Assembly: GCA_051313645.2 (NCBI GenBank)
Contig: JBNRSN020000009.1
Location: 184,016,001 to 184,080,000 of the forward strand
DNA from: Centroscyllium fabricii
Taxonomy: Eukaryota
Length of the DNA: 64,000 bases
Reading direction: 5' to 3'
Shown here: positions 35,892-48,164 of the stretch, in pieces
Numbering within the stretch: the first letter of the stretch is position 1
Layout of the letters: each line of letters starts with the position of its first letter
Notes under the pieces: model-generated
What the model was told of the DNA's origin: nothing
The model's database searches: none
The model's input: only the letters and a program-made list of their open reading frames with translations
Translations under genes and position numbers: made by a program

Positions 35892-36819
35892 GGCCCAGAA
35901 ATTCGTGTTTCCACAAGTGAGTACGCACTGGGTACTCACCCGTAGGCCCAACGAAAGTGCCGGTTTCGTGCATGCACTGCGCATGCGCGGGAAACCAGAA
36001 CTTCCGTTCCCTTAAAGGAAGCGGTTGGCAGGTTGAACGCATGCACCGGACAGGCAGCGCGTATGCCTGGAGCTTCCGGTTTTTTTACAGGTTTCTCCGG
36101 GAGGGTAAATCTCCAGGAGTTACACTTTTAAAAAGCAGGCGCAAGGCCTGCTTTTAACAAATGCAAGAAGTCACACAACACCAGGTTATAGTCCAACAGT
36201 TTTATTTTAAATCACAAGCTTTCGGAGCGTCTGCCCCTTCGTCAGGCTTGTGATTTAAAATAAAACTGTTGGACTATAACCTGGTGTTGTGAGACTTCTT
36301 GCATTTGTCCACCCCAGTCCAACACCGGCACCTCCACATCATGCTTTTAACAAGGTAAGTGGTGAATTAATTAAATTTAAAACATTTTTTCCACAGGTTT
36401 ATTATTTTTAAATACTTTAAAGAAAGGTAAGTTTATTTTTAGCCCTGTTAGAAAATGTAATTAAGTTTTTTCAAAAATGTTAATTATTGTTTAAAATAGT
36501 TATTTTATGTAATTTATAGTTATTTTAAAAATGTATTTGAAGCTTTGGGGCTTATAGTATTTATAGTTTTGACAGCTCTTCCTGTTAATTTTATGAATGG
36601 GCATTCCCTGCTACCATTGGCTCTCCATGGCCCACGTGATCCCAGGAGATGCTTCGAACTAACTGCGCTGCTGGGATACGCAAGCACTGCACGCCGGAAG
36701 CTGGAGGAGGCCCAGGATCGGAATACCACGTGGGCCCACAGCACAACAGCCGGCACGCTAGGTAAGTGCAGTTTGGAAACGTGCACCCACTGGAAGCCTC
36801 CGACCTGAATTTCTGGGCC
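35892..36819 (-). mobile_element. Harbinger-like MITE (family A relative) containing a Penelope insert
   Basis: TIR GGCCCAGAAATTC; TSD ATT/ATT. Confidence 0.85.
36161..36341. mobile_element. Fold-back Penelope-like insertion
   Basis: Inverted arms, hammerhead core on minus strand, TSD TGCTTTTAACAA. Confidence 0.8.
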
Positions 36820-37419
36820 ATTTTTTTTCGTAGTGACTTTTTAAGACTAAGTGGCTTGCTCGGCCATTTCAGAGTCAACTACATTGCTGTGGATCTGAAG
36901 TCACATGTAGGCCAGACCGGGTAAGGAGAGCAGATTTCCTTCCTTAAAGGACATTAGTGAATCAGATGGGTTTTTACGACAATCCGATAGTTTCATGGTC
37001 ATCATTACTGACACCAGCTTTATATTCCAGATTTATTTAATTAATTGAATTTAAATTCCATCAGCTGCCATGGTGGGATTTGAATTCACATTTCCAGATG
37101 TTTAGTCGAGGTCTCTGGATTACTAGTCCAGTAACATAACCACTATGCTACTGTTCCCTTCTTCTTTCTGATCCTGGGCCTCCTCCAGCTTCCGGCGTGC
37201 AATGCTTGCGTATCCCATCAGCGCAGTTCGTTCAATGCATCCCCTGGGATCACGTGGGCCATGGAGAGCAGAATTCGCATGCGAACTCGCCATCTGGGGA
37301 GCTGGCCCCCTAGCTATCCTTTCCCCCTGGCCTTGCTGCAGCCCACTGGACCCCGGTGCCTCACCCGGTGCTGGTCCCAATTCTATACTAGCCTCTAAAA
37401 AGCATGTTGTGCCAATATG

Positions 37420-37984
37420 GCACGAAGGCCCAACAGCGCCTGTACTTCCAAAGGAAGCTGAAGAAAGCCAGGCTGTCATCCGGCATCCTCTCCAACTTCT
37501 ACCGCTGCACAATAGAAAGCATACTGACAAGCTGCATCACTGTCTGGTATGGTAATTGCACTATCTCGGACCGGAAAACCCTGCAGCGGGTAGTCAAAAC
37601 TGCCCAACGAATTACCGGTACACAGCTACCGTCAATGGAAAGCATCTACCTCAAACGCTGCTTACGGAGGTCTCAGAACATTATTAAAGACCCCACACAC
37701 CCCAGCCACAGTCTATTCGCCCCCCTGCCCTCCGGGAGATGCTACAGAGCAATTCGCACCCGCACGACTAGATTTCAGAACAGCTTCTTCCCCAGGGCTG
37801 TCAGCCTCCTGAACTCCAAAAAGAAACTCCAGTACCTGCACGCCTGATAATGTACTTTACTGTATGCAATTTGCATGTAATTTATTTATTTGCACTACTC
37901 TCGGGAGCGCTGAGTCTTCGTCTCGTTGTATTGTACTAGTACTCTGCAATGACAATAAAACTTGAATTGAATTGAATTGAATCT
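37420..37984 (+). mobile_element. Rex1/Babar-type LINE 3' fragment
   Basis: KAQQRLYF..FYRCTIESILTSCITVWYG...SFFPRAV; AATAAA followed by (TTGAA)n tail. Confidence 0.85.
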
Positions 37985-38099
37985 GAACTGTTGCCTGCGG
38001 GTGAGATATGCAGTGATGCGGTGTGTTCTTCCTCCTCCTCTTCTCCAGCCTCGCTCTCTATGGTGCCCTCAGGCACAGGCTGCTCAGGTGCTTGTTCAT

Positions 38100-39247
38100 T
38101 ACCTGAAAACATAAAGACACAAGAGTTGGGTTAAGGTGAGGGGAGGGGGGGGCAGGAAGGGAGAAATGCTTGCATACAGTATGACTAGCTGGAAAGTGCG
38201 AAATGCTTGTGGGGTGAGGGGGGAGTGGGATGGGAGAAGAAGTAATAGGGATGAACATACCGTTGTTGTCCCCAAGGGGGTCAAAGTCATTGGTGGCCAC
38301 AGCACCCACTACCTGGCGCCCAATTATTTGCAGCACTCTTTCCTGCAGCTCAGACAGTGGTTGGGTGTCAGGTTGTCCCCCGCCTGTGCGCTCCTGGTCC
38401 CTCCTGTCGTGAGCCACCTCAGCCTGTAAGAGAAAGCAAAGTGTGTGAGTGATTGTGGAGCAATGTGTTTGGGAGATTTGCCTGCCATAGTTGAATAGCT
38501 GTCATGGTTTGCAAGGTGTGAGATGTGGGTGTGAGTGCTGGTAGGTAGAGATTGTTGGTGGGTGAGTGCGAGTGTGTGGTGCTTTGGGCAGTGTGTGAGA
38601 TTGTGTTGCAGATGGTGGTTTGTAGCATTTGGTGAAGCATTCACTCACCCTGATCACCCGAGTGAGGTCGTTAAATTTCTTCCTGCACTGTGTGTGGGTC
38701 CTGGGGACAACAGTGCTGACCGAGCCATGCTGAGCTACCTCTGTCCACAAGATGCGAAAGACTTGCAGCGTGGGCCTCCTGCCACTTACTGGGTACAGCG
38801 CCACTCTCTGTCTCTCCGCAGTGAAAACCAACACATCCAATATTTGATCACAGCATCTGTGGGCTCTCTCCCTGGGAGTGGATCTGTCACTGGAAAGCTG
38901 CTTGAGTCATCTGGCTCCTTTACTTCACCTGCTGCTGCTTGCTGCGGCAGTTGCACAGCCAACATTGCTGAGAATGAGGATCTGCAGCATCAATGAACCT
39001 CCCCTTCTTAAGACCTGGAAAAAGCCTATGGCAATGATGACTTGCGATTAGACTAACCTGATATTGGTCATCTCTTTGAGTGTAACGCCAATGAGCTTGG
39101 GCTTTAAGGCTTGAATTAACACCCCATTATTTCTTTGAGCAGTGAGCACGAATTTTGCGTGCAGTCTAAAACATTAGCGCCTGCTGCTAATTCTCAAACT
39201 TTTCTGAAGGCACTGCCCATTCTTGGGATATAGAGAATTTCTAACCC
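38100..39247 (-). pseudogene. Harbinger-derived remnant with spliced Myb/SANT-like gene
   Basis: W.EVA...RTHTQCRKKFNDL|gtgagt, next exon AHDRR...TGGG.P; GGGTTAGAAATT TIR at 39247. Confidence 0.7.
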
Positions 39248-41130
39248 AGTATCTTTACTTTCTCCTGGGCACTTTGTAGCATTATTATCTGAGCACTGAC
39301 TTGAGTAACCAGACTTTAGTTGTGTCCTGCACCTTAAAGAAAAGCAGCAGAGGGACTGGTAGGTCTATTAGTCCAGGAGGAGTGAATGGGAGTTGCTATT
39401 TAAGATGAAAACCTTTCAGCAGAATACAGTGCTGGCAGAAGAGTCGACAGCCATTGTATTGGCGTTTCCTCCTTTCCCTCTTTGCCGAGCTATCATCCCA
39501 TCCTGATATGCCAGCATTTTCTGCTTTAACTCTAGACCTGCTCATCAGCCTTTTGCTTTTAATTTTTTTCCCCACATCACCTTTTCCTTATGTGTGCCTC
39601 TCACTACCTTATCTATTCACACATTCATTTGTTTCCCTATCTAATGTTGATAATGCTGCTTTCCATCACCTGATGTAGAAAACATCTCAATCATCTGGCA
39701 ATCTCCTATTATAAGTAGGTTGTAAGACATTCCACCAATACTTGTATTTGATATTCCCCCTTCTCTTTTTCTGATTCTACATATGGGCAGGATTTTCCTG
39801 AATGTGTGGGAAATGGGTGGGATCCCCACTGATCACTCCATCTTCCCACTTTCTGAAGGGTGTGGAAGCCCCAAGCAATTTTGGCTTAATTGGCCAATTA
39901 AGTCCCCAAGTGTGGGAAGACCCTGCCAATTGATGGATTTTACATAGTGTGGTAACCCTTATATGGTTACCATTGCCTTATATGGCTACCATTGTATAAG
40001 TGCCATTGCACTGCTGGGAGCCAGGTCAGACACACCCTCGACTCCTCCCCAGGTGGGGACACCGATATAAGGTGTGGCCAGACACAGCCCCTTCATTCTT
40101 GTATGTGAACTTGTAAGGAGACTAGCTCCATTCTTTATCAATTAAAAGCCTTGTATTTCGGTACTTACGAGTCGCCTTTTAATTGAGCTAGCGACTACAC
40201 TACAATTTTAATTGATAAACTTAAAATGGAGAGCAGCAAGTTAAAACCTAGGGAGCTGGACATTAGCCCCCAGGATGACGCGGCACCAGCTACCTTCAAG
40301 CACTGGTTTGGATTACTAAAGGCCTATATGGCAGCAGCCAAGGCTACCACGGACGAGGACAAACTCCAACTCCTGCTATCCAGGGTCTCCAGCAGGGTTT
40401 TCAACCTTGTCGAGGACCTTACAACCTACGAGGAAACGGTGACGACCCTCAAACAGTACTATGAGCGCCCGGTCCACTCTGACTATGCTCGCCACCAACT
40501 AGCGACCCGATCTCAACTACCCAGTGAGTCAAACGACCAGTTTGAGCAAGCGCTCCGGGGCATGATACGGGCCTGTGGCTGCAAGGGTGGATTGACCAAG
40601 GCACAGGAAGAAAACAACCTCCTCCGGGACGCCTATGTCTCAGGACTAAGATGTGCAGTAGCCCGTCAGAGACTACTGGAAAAGGACAATCTGACCCTTG
40701 AGGAGGCAACCACGTTAGCCAAATCGGTGGAAGGGGCCCGGAATAAATCGCAGACATACGGTGGTACCAGCCATCAAGTCTACAACATATGGGCCGCACC
40801 ACAACAGGCGTCACGGATTGAGAGCCCCACGATGGCCGCGACGGCCACCACGGACACTAAGCTCAAACACTGCTATTTCTGCAGCCAAGGATTGCACCCC
40901 AGAGCAAAATGCCCAGCCAAGACGGCGACCTGCGAAAAATGCTCCAAGAAGGGACACTTCGCCAAAGCCTGCAGAGCCACTCCAGCCACAGCATCCAAAA
41001 GGTACAATGCAGCCTGTGAGAGCAACTATCACCAGGTAAGCTGCATTTGCAGTACTATTCAGCGACGGCAAGCGCCCCCTCCCCCCGCCTCGATGCAGCG
41101 GCAACCGGCCAAACGCGAGCTTACAACGCG

Positions 41131-41650
41131 GCCGGCTGCGTGCGAATCACGGGCGCCGCCAGCGCGTTCACCACGGTTCGCTGCGTGCGAATCATGGGCG
41201 TGGCCAGCGTGTTCACCGCGGTTCGCTGCATGCGAATCACGGGCACCGCCAGCGCGTTCACCGCGGTTAGCTGCGTGTGAATCACGGGCACCGCCAGCGC
41301 GTTCACCGCGGTTCGCTGCATGCGAATCACGGGCACCGCCAACGCATCAGGGCCTCGCAGTAACGCTACCCCGCAACCCAGGCCCCTCCATGTGCGAACC
41401 ACGGAAGACGCCATCTTGCGCCCAGGGCTCCTCCATGTGCGAGCCAAGGGCGGCGCCATTTTGTACCCAGGGCCCCTCCATGTGCGAGTCAAGGGCGGCG
41501 CCATTTTGTACCCAGGGCCCCTCCATGTGCGAGTCAAGGGCGGCGCCATTTTGTACCCAGGGCCCCTCCATGTGCGAGCCAAGGGCGGCACCATTTTGTA
41601 TCCAGGGCCCCTCCATGTGCGAACCATGGGCGGCACCATTTTGTGCACAG
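41131..41650 (+). repeat. Two arrays of in-frame 45-nt tandem repeats in the gag-PR linker
   Basis: AACESRAPPARSPRF about x5, then GPSMCEPRAAPFCTQ about x6. Confidence 0.9.
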
Positions 41651-42428
41651 TCCCCATCAGCAGGGGCTGCTACAACTACAGTCAGCCAAAGCAAGCCCCA
41701 TCACTTGTCTAATTCATTAATACGTATTAGGATTAATAACCATACCGTCGACTGCCTCCTCGACACGGGCAGTACCGAGAGTTTCATTCACCCTGATACA
41801 GTGCGGCATTTCGGGCTGCAGGTCCTGCCCACCAACTACCAAGTGTCCCTAGCTTCACAGTCCCACACCGTGGACGTCACCGGCTACTGCTCCGTCACAC
41901 TCACCGTCCAGGGACGCGTGTACCGCAATTTTAAATTCTATACCCTCAAAAAGTTGTGTGCCCCAGCCTTACTAGGCTTGGATTTCCAGTGCCACTTCAA
42001 GAGCGTGACCATGGAGTTCGGCGGGACTTTACCCCCCCTCACCCTCAGTAGCCGGGACAATCTCCCCCCGAAGCGGACCCTGGCCTGCGGCCTCTCCAAC
42101 CTGAAAATCGACCCCCCCTCGCTGTTCGCCAACCTCGACCCAAAGTGCAAACCAATCGCCACTAAGAGTCGGCGGTACAGTGAGGGGGATCGCACGTTTA
42201 TCAGGTCGGAGGTCAGGCGGATGCTGAAGGAGGGGATTATTGAAGCCAGCACCAGCCCCTGGCATGCCCAAGTTGTAGTGGTGAAGTCTGGTGAGAAACA
42301 ATGGCTAGTGATCGACTATAGCCAGACTATCAACCGCTACACCGGGCTCGACGCCTACCCCCTTCCCCGCATCTCAGAAATGGTCAACCAGATCGCCCAG
42401 TACAAGGTGTTCTCCACAATCGACCTGA

Positions 42429-43006
42429 AGGCCCTGTCACACCTTGACGTTTTAGCCAGCGTATGCAAATTTGGCTAAAACGTTGGGTTACGTCGGATAC
42501 GTTATGGGTAAGTTTTGTATACGTTAAGAGCACGCTGGCATACGCTGGCCATAAGTTGCATAAGTCGTTGTACTTCGAGTAAGTTGAGAAATTTTGAGCA
42601 TGCACAAAATTTCTCGACGTACCCTGCGTATGACTCACACGTTCCGCATACGCTGGCCATAAGTTGTAGGCACGTTAGGCGAGCGTTGACACACGTCGAT
42701 ACACGTTACTTGTAAGTTAGTCATAAGTTAGTCATAAATCAAAATACGTCGAGATAATGTCTAGCGTACCCGGAACTTATTTCTAACCTATGAGTAACGT
42801 GCTTTGAACCTATGTGGAGCGTATCTCCAACGCATATTGACGACCACAGAACTTACTGAACGTGTTTCTAACTTACAGCTACCGTATAATACGTTATACG
42901 TCCAACTCGTTATGAATACGCTATTAAACGCCCAAAGTTCAGCGTAACCCAGCGTTTTAGCCAAATTTGCATACGCTGGCTAAAACGTCAAGGTGTGACA
43001 GGGCCT
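42429..43006. mobile_element. Young long-TIR MITE (Harbinger-like) inserted in RT
   Basis: TIRs of about 64 bp, AGGCCCTGTCACACCTTGACG..., with 1 mismatch; flanks TGA/TCA. Confidence 0.9.
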
Positions 43007-46000
43007 TCAAGTCGGCGTATCATCAGCTCCCGATTCGGAAAGACGACCGCCCCTACACCGCCTTCGAGGCGAACGGTCGGCTCTACCACTTTCTCCGGGT
43101 CCCCTTTGGCGTGACCAACGGAGTGTCCGTGTTCCAGCGGGAGATGGACCGTATGGTTGACCAGAATGACTTGCAGGCCACCTTCCCCTACCTGGACAAC
43201 GTGACCATCTGCGGCCACGACCAGCAGGACCACGATGCCAATCTGGCCAAATTCCTCGCCACGGCGGCTAAGCTGGACCTTACGTATAACAAAGACAAGT
43301 GTGTCTTTAATACAACCCGGCTCGCCATCCTCGGATACGTGGTGGAGAACGGGGTCCTCGGCCCCGACCCACAGCGTATGCGACCCCTGCTAGAACTGCC
43401 CTTACCTCACAACCCCAAAGCCTTGAGGAGATGTCTAGGATTTTTCTCCTACTATGCACAATGGGTCCCACAGTTCGCAGATAAGGCTAGACCACTCCTC
43501 AAGGCTGCACTCTTCCCCCTTTCTATAGAAGCCCAAAAGGCATTCGAAAAGATAAAGGAAGATATCATCAAGGCGACCATGCTCGCTGTTGATGAATCCA
43601 TCCCTTTCCAGGTGGAGAGTGACGCTTCGGACTTTGCTCTTGCTGCCACCCTGAATCAGGCAGGCAGGCCCGTAGCGTTTTTCTCCCGCACCTTACAGGG
43701 ACCCGAGACTCGCCACTCTGCAGTGGAAAAGGAGGCCCAGGCCATCGTGGAGGCCGTGCACTACTGGCGTCATTAACTGGCCGGTAAGCGTTTTACCCTG
43801 CTCACCGACCAACGGTCGGTGGCGTTTATGTTTAATAATAAACTACGGGGTAAAATCAAGAATGTTAAGATCATGCGGTGGCGGATCGAACTCTCGACTT
43901 ACGAGTACGACATTCTTTACCGACCAGGCAAACAAAACGAACCCCCGGACGCACTGTCCAGGGGAACATGCACCAGTGCCCAGCTAGACCGGCTGAAGGA
44001 TCTCCACGACCGCCTCTGTCACCCAGGTGTCACCAGATTAGCCCATTTCGTCAAATCACGTAGCCTCCCCTACTCCATCACGGAGATCAAGGAGATGACC
44101 CGAGATTGCCCTGTCTGCACCGAGTGCAAACCCCACTTTTTCCGGCCAGACACGGCGCACCTCATTAAGGCCACCCGCCCCTTTGAACGTCTCAGCGTGG
44201 ACTTCAAAGGCCCCCTCCCCTCCACCGACCGCAACTCATACTTCCTCACGGTAGTGGATGAGTTCTCCCGCTTCCCCTTCGCCTTCCCCTGCCCAGATAT
44301 GACGAGCACAACGGTAATCAAACACTTCACCACGCTGTTCGCCATCTTCGGTCTCCCCAGCTACATCCATAGCGACTGGGGGTCATCGTTCATGAGCGAT
44401 GAACTGCGCCAGTTTCTGCTCCAGAAAGGGGTTGCCACGAGCAGGACGACCAGTTATAACCCCCGGGGGAACAGCCAGGTAGAAAGGGAGAATGGGATCA
44501 TTTGGAAGGCGGTCACCCTGGCTCTCAAGTCCAGAGGCCTTTCAGTGTCCCATTGGCAGGCAGTCCTCCCAGACGCGCTGCACTCTATCAGGTCATTATT
44601 ATGTACTGCTACTAATGCCACCCCGCACGATCTTGTTTTTTCCTTCAACAGGAAGTCAACTTCGGGGACGGCGCTCCCACCATGGCTGACGACTCCGGGG
44701 CCGGTTTTCCTTAAGCGGCACGTTCGGTGCCACAAGACGGACCCCCTGGTGGACAAGGTACAGCTCCTACACGCCAACCCGCACTATGCCTTTGTGCAGT
44801 TCCCAGACGGGCGTGAGGACACCGTGTCCATCAGGGACCTGGCCCCGGCCGGAAACACCGCCACAGCGCCTCCTGCTGGCCAGCAGGTCGACCTACCACC
44901 AGACACAAGATGGGCCCTGAGTTTCCCCGCCGATGCACCAGACGACGAGGTCCAGCAGAACCCACCACGTCCAGAACTTACAGCACCAACAGAGGCGGGC
45001 TTTTCGACTATGGAGGCATCACCACCAACACCGGAACCCCGGCGATCCGCAAGACAAACGCGACCGCCGGAGAGACTGATTATGAACTGTTCCGTACATT
45101 CACCCCCCCCGGACTCAAAGTTTTTAAGAAGGGGTGAATGTGGTAACCCTTATATGGTTACCATTGCCTTATATGGCTACCATTGTATAAGTGCCATTGT
45201 ACTGCTGGGAGCCAGGTCAGCCACACCCTCGACTCCTCCCCAGGTGGGGACACCGATATAAGGTGTGGCCAGACCCAGCCCCTTCATTCTTGTATGTGAA
45301 CTTGTAAGGAGACTAGCTCCATTCTTTATCAATTAAAAGCCTTGTATTTCGGTACTTACGAGTCGCCTTTTAATTGAGCTAGCGACTACACTACACATAG
45401 AAACTGGGCGGGCTTTGCACTGTGTCAGCAGCAGAGCTGATGATAGGCAGCTGTGGTGTTTCTCTTTCTGTGGCTTCAGAGCATTATGATGTGATAATGC
45501 AATGTCAACAGATGAAACCACAAATCAAACAGTGACAGCTTTAACTAGGCTGGCTCTGATTGTTTGTGGTTTCAGTGGAATGTAAACAGAAACTGACCCA
45601 CTGGATGATTGACATAACTGATTTGCTTCACAGACATAGCTCTCATGCGATGTCTTGAGTCAGTGGGATGCAGCTGGCAGGTAAGTGATATTAAGGTCTT
45701 TGGCCACTGAAGTTTGGCACCCTTGGGAGACAGTTACATCTGCAGCATGTTGGAGGTCAGCAAGCTGCTGTGCGGCAGCTGTTTCCCATGCCTTGCAGGT
45801 AACAGTCACCCAGCCGATTGGGTGTCCACCAGCTTTCAACGGCGGTGTTCCCACCAGGCGGATTTTGGGTGGGAAGAGGCTCAAAGTAGCAAGGGGCCCT
45901 TAAAATGGCATTACTGGTGCCAATTAAGGGCCCCTAATGAGCCTAATGAGCATCCCCGCCAATGCCAGGCGGGACTGAGGCGGGCCGATCAGACCCGCCA

Positions 46001-46419
46001 GGTGAAATTGACAAGCGGGCGGGAAAGCGGCGGGAGGGGTCACGGACCCCCGTTTTTGCTATTTTCATTGAAGTCCCGCCCAAAATCCCACCTCACGGCC
46101 CAAGGAAAATTGGCCCCTATGAAAGCATTTGCTCATCTTTCAATTTTCAGTTCTCAAGGGCTCAATTCAGAACAGCAACTTGATTGCTCTCTCTACAGAT
46201 ATCAACTGACCTGCTGCGTATTTCCAGTATTTTCTATTTTTTTAATGTAGAATGTGAATGCAAGTCTAGTTTTTCCAAATTTCTCATCTATCTATATAGT
46301 CTCATTCCTGGTATTGTGGGGAACGGTAGTTTACCACTCTTTAAATACTTAGAAACGGTGGAAAACAGCGGAGCAAATTGAAACAAATCTTTATTCAACT
46401 CTGTCCATGCAGAACTAAC

Positions 46420-46550
46420 TAGAAAACGGCACGAAAACGCAAAGCATCGTGGGGCTCTTGAGTGACAGCCCCCCGGACCAGTCAGGGACCGTAACCGTTG
46501 ATCCAACTTATCCAATGGGGAAACGGGGGCGGGACCACTCGGGAAATGTG
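46420..46550. promoter_or_regulatory. Possible promoter (CpG-rich, CCAAT plus GC box)
   Basis: CCAAT near 46512, GGGGCGGGAC near 46527, local CpG enrichment in non-repeat DNA. Confidence 0.35.
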
Positions 46551-46813
46551 GATTCTGTGTTCTAGAGAGACCGGATTGTCTCTCTTAAGTAGCTACGCTA
46601 CAGTATCATACCGCCAAGTCTCTTTTTTGCATCCTTTCTCTTCATTTTTCTATAATTTGGTGCCTAAGGCTACACACCACTTCAACTGTGGCCTAACACA
46701 TGCCATAATGTCTTTGTATTCAATACCGCCCCTATATAAAATCTAGAATGCCCTGTGACCCTTTTATGTATTTTCCACCTGCATTCCTGATCTTAGCAAT
46801 CTATATTTATGCA

Positions 46814-47376
46814 AAAAGTCACACAACACCAGGTTTAAAGTCCAACGTTTTATTTTAAATCACAAGCTTTCGGAGCTTTTGCCCCTTCGTCAGGTGAAAG
46901 AGAAACTAAAGTCAAAGATCACACACATGGGGGAGGGGAGAAATTTGATCCCATACATCCAACCCTAGAGCACACAAGCATATTAGCATACCTTAACACC
47001 TCAGTCTGCGAACAATGGGGCACAATTGCAAAACACAGAGTGATTTTTTTCCCCCTTCTTTAAAGCAAAAAAGACACATCAAAAGGGTGCAGTCACAGGG
47101 CCTAACGCTAGTCTGCTGTAAATCCCACAGAATTACTTTTTTTATATAAAAAAGCCGAAGATGGTTCGGGTCTGGACGACTCCACGCCAGGCGGGGTCAC
47201 ATGTAGCGTGACCCCTCCCCCATGTGTGTGATCTTTGACTTTAGTTTCTCTTTCACCTGACGAAGGGGCAAAAGCTCCAAAAGCTTGTGATTTAAAATAA
47301 AACGTTGGACTTTAAACCTGGTGTTGTGTGACTTTTTGCATTTGTCCACCCCAGTCCAACACCGGCACCTCCGCAT
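46814..47376. mobile_element. Fold-back Penelope-like insertion
   Basis: Inverted arms of about 125 bp, hammerhead cores, TSD TATATTTATGCA, SRYM* ORF end inside. Confidence 0.85.
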
Positions 47377-47454
47377 TATATTTATGCAGGCCAGCCGTGG
47401 GGAGTTGGAAAAAGTTATTTACATGGGTTAGAGGCTCCTGGTAATGAAAACATT

Positions 47455-48164
47455 GAGGGGGAAAATTTGTGTTGCGCCCTCTTTGGGGTGTTAACTTCGT
47501 CGGGGCGTTACTTTTAGCACCCCAAAAAAAATGAGTGTCCCCCACACCTGAAATTCACTGGTAGCACCCCAAGAGGGAGGCGGGGCACTACTGGAATCTC
47601 CCCGCCTCCCTCTTGGGGCGCTGCTAGTGAATATTATGTCAATAAGCGCCGCGGTACTGCAGGCTTCCCTCCCCTTATTAAAGGGGAGGGGCCTTGCGCA
47701 GCGTGACCCAACTGGTTCAATAGGGATTGGAGTGCTGGCAAAGGAGCCCGGCGCTCAAGAGAAATGCCGGGCTTACGGAGCGCAGCTGGCACTCCGCGGG
47801 GCAGGGGGGGTGCTGCATAGAAGGCCGGGGACAGCAGGTGGCCAGCACCAAAAATGGCCACCCGGCACCTCCCCTTTAATTTGCACCGCCCCGTCCGCAG
47901 GTAGGCCCCCCTGACCCTGTTGGACCTAGCATCCGGCGGTAAGTCAGGGGGCACAACCGAAGATTGCGGCCGGAGCCTGAGCGGGGTGCTGTGCATGCCG
48001 ATGATGTCATTGCAGGAGGCGCAGCGCCGCGGGGCGCTAATAGTTACCGCCGCTGCTAGCCTCCCGCTGAACTTTGTGGGAGGTGTTGGCGGTGCCGCGC
48101 CCAGGCGCTAGATGCTTTGCTAAGAGGGCGCCAACGGGAGGTGCAAATCAACCAAATTTTTCTC
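47455..48164. mobile_element. GC-rich Harbinger-like MITE
   Basis: Inverted homology to 20210-21471; degenerate TIRs. Confidence 0.65.

Larger units (their letters stand above)
40226..45138 (+). pseudogene. gag-pol disrupted by MITE insertion and a stop at 43774
   Basis: Collinear with family 1; LLDTGS, IDL|KSAYHQ, YLDN, DDE. Confidence 0.92.
39948..45395 (+). mobile_element. Full-length Ty3/Gypsy element (family 3)
   Basis: 257-bp LTRs 39948-40204 and 45139-45395 with a few mismatches; TSD CATAG; PPT AAGAAGGGGTGAA. Confidence 0.96.
39785..46117. mobile_element. Harbinger-like MITE interrupted by Gypsy family 3
   Basis: TAT-GGGCAGGATTTTCC ... GGAAAATTGGCCCC-TAT. Confidence 0.65.
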
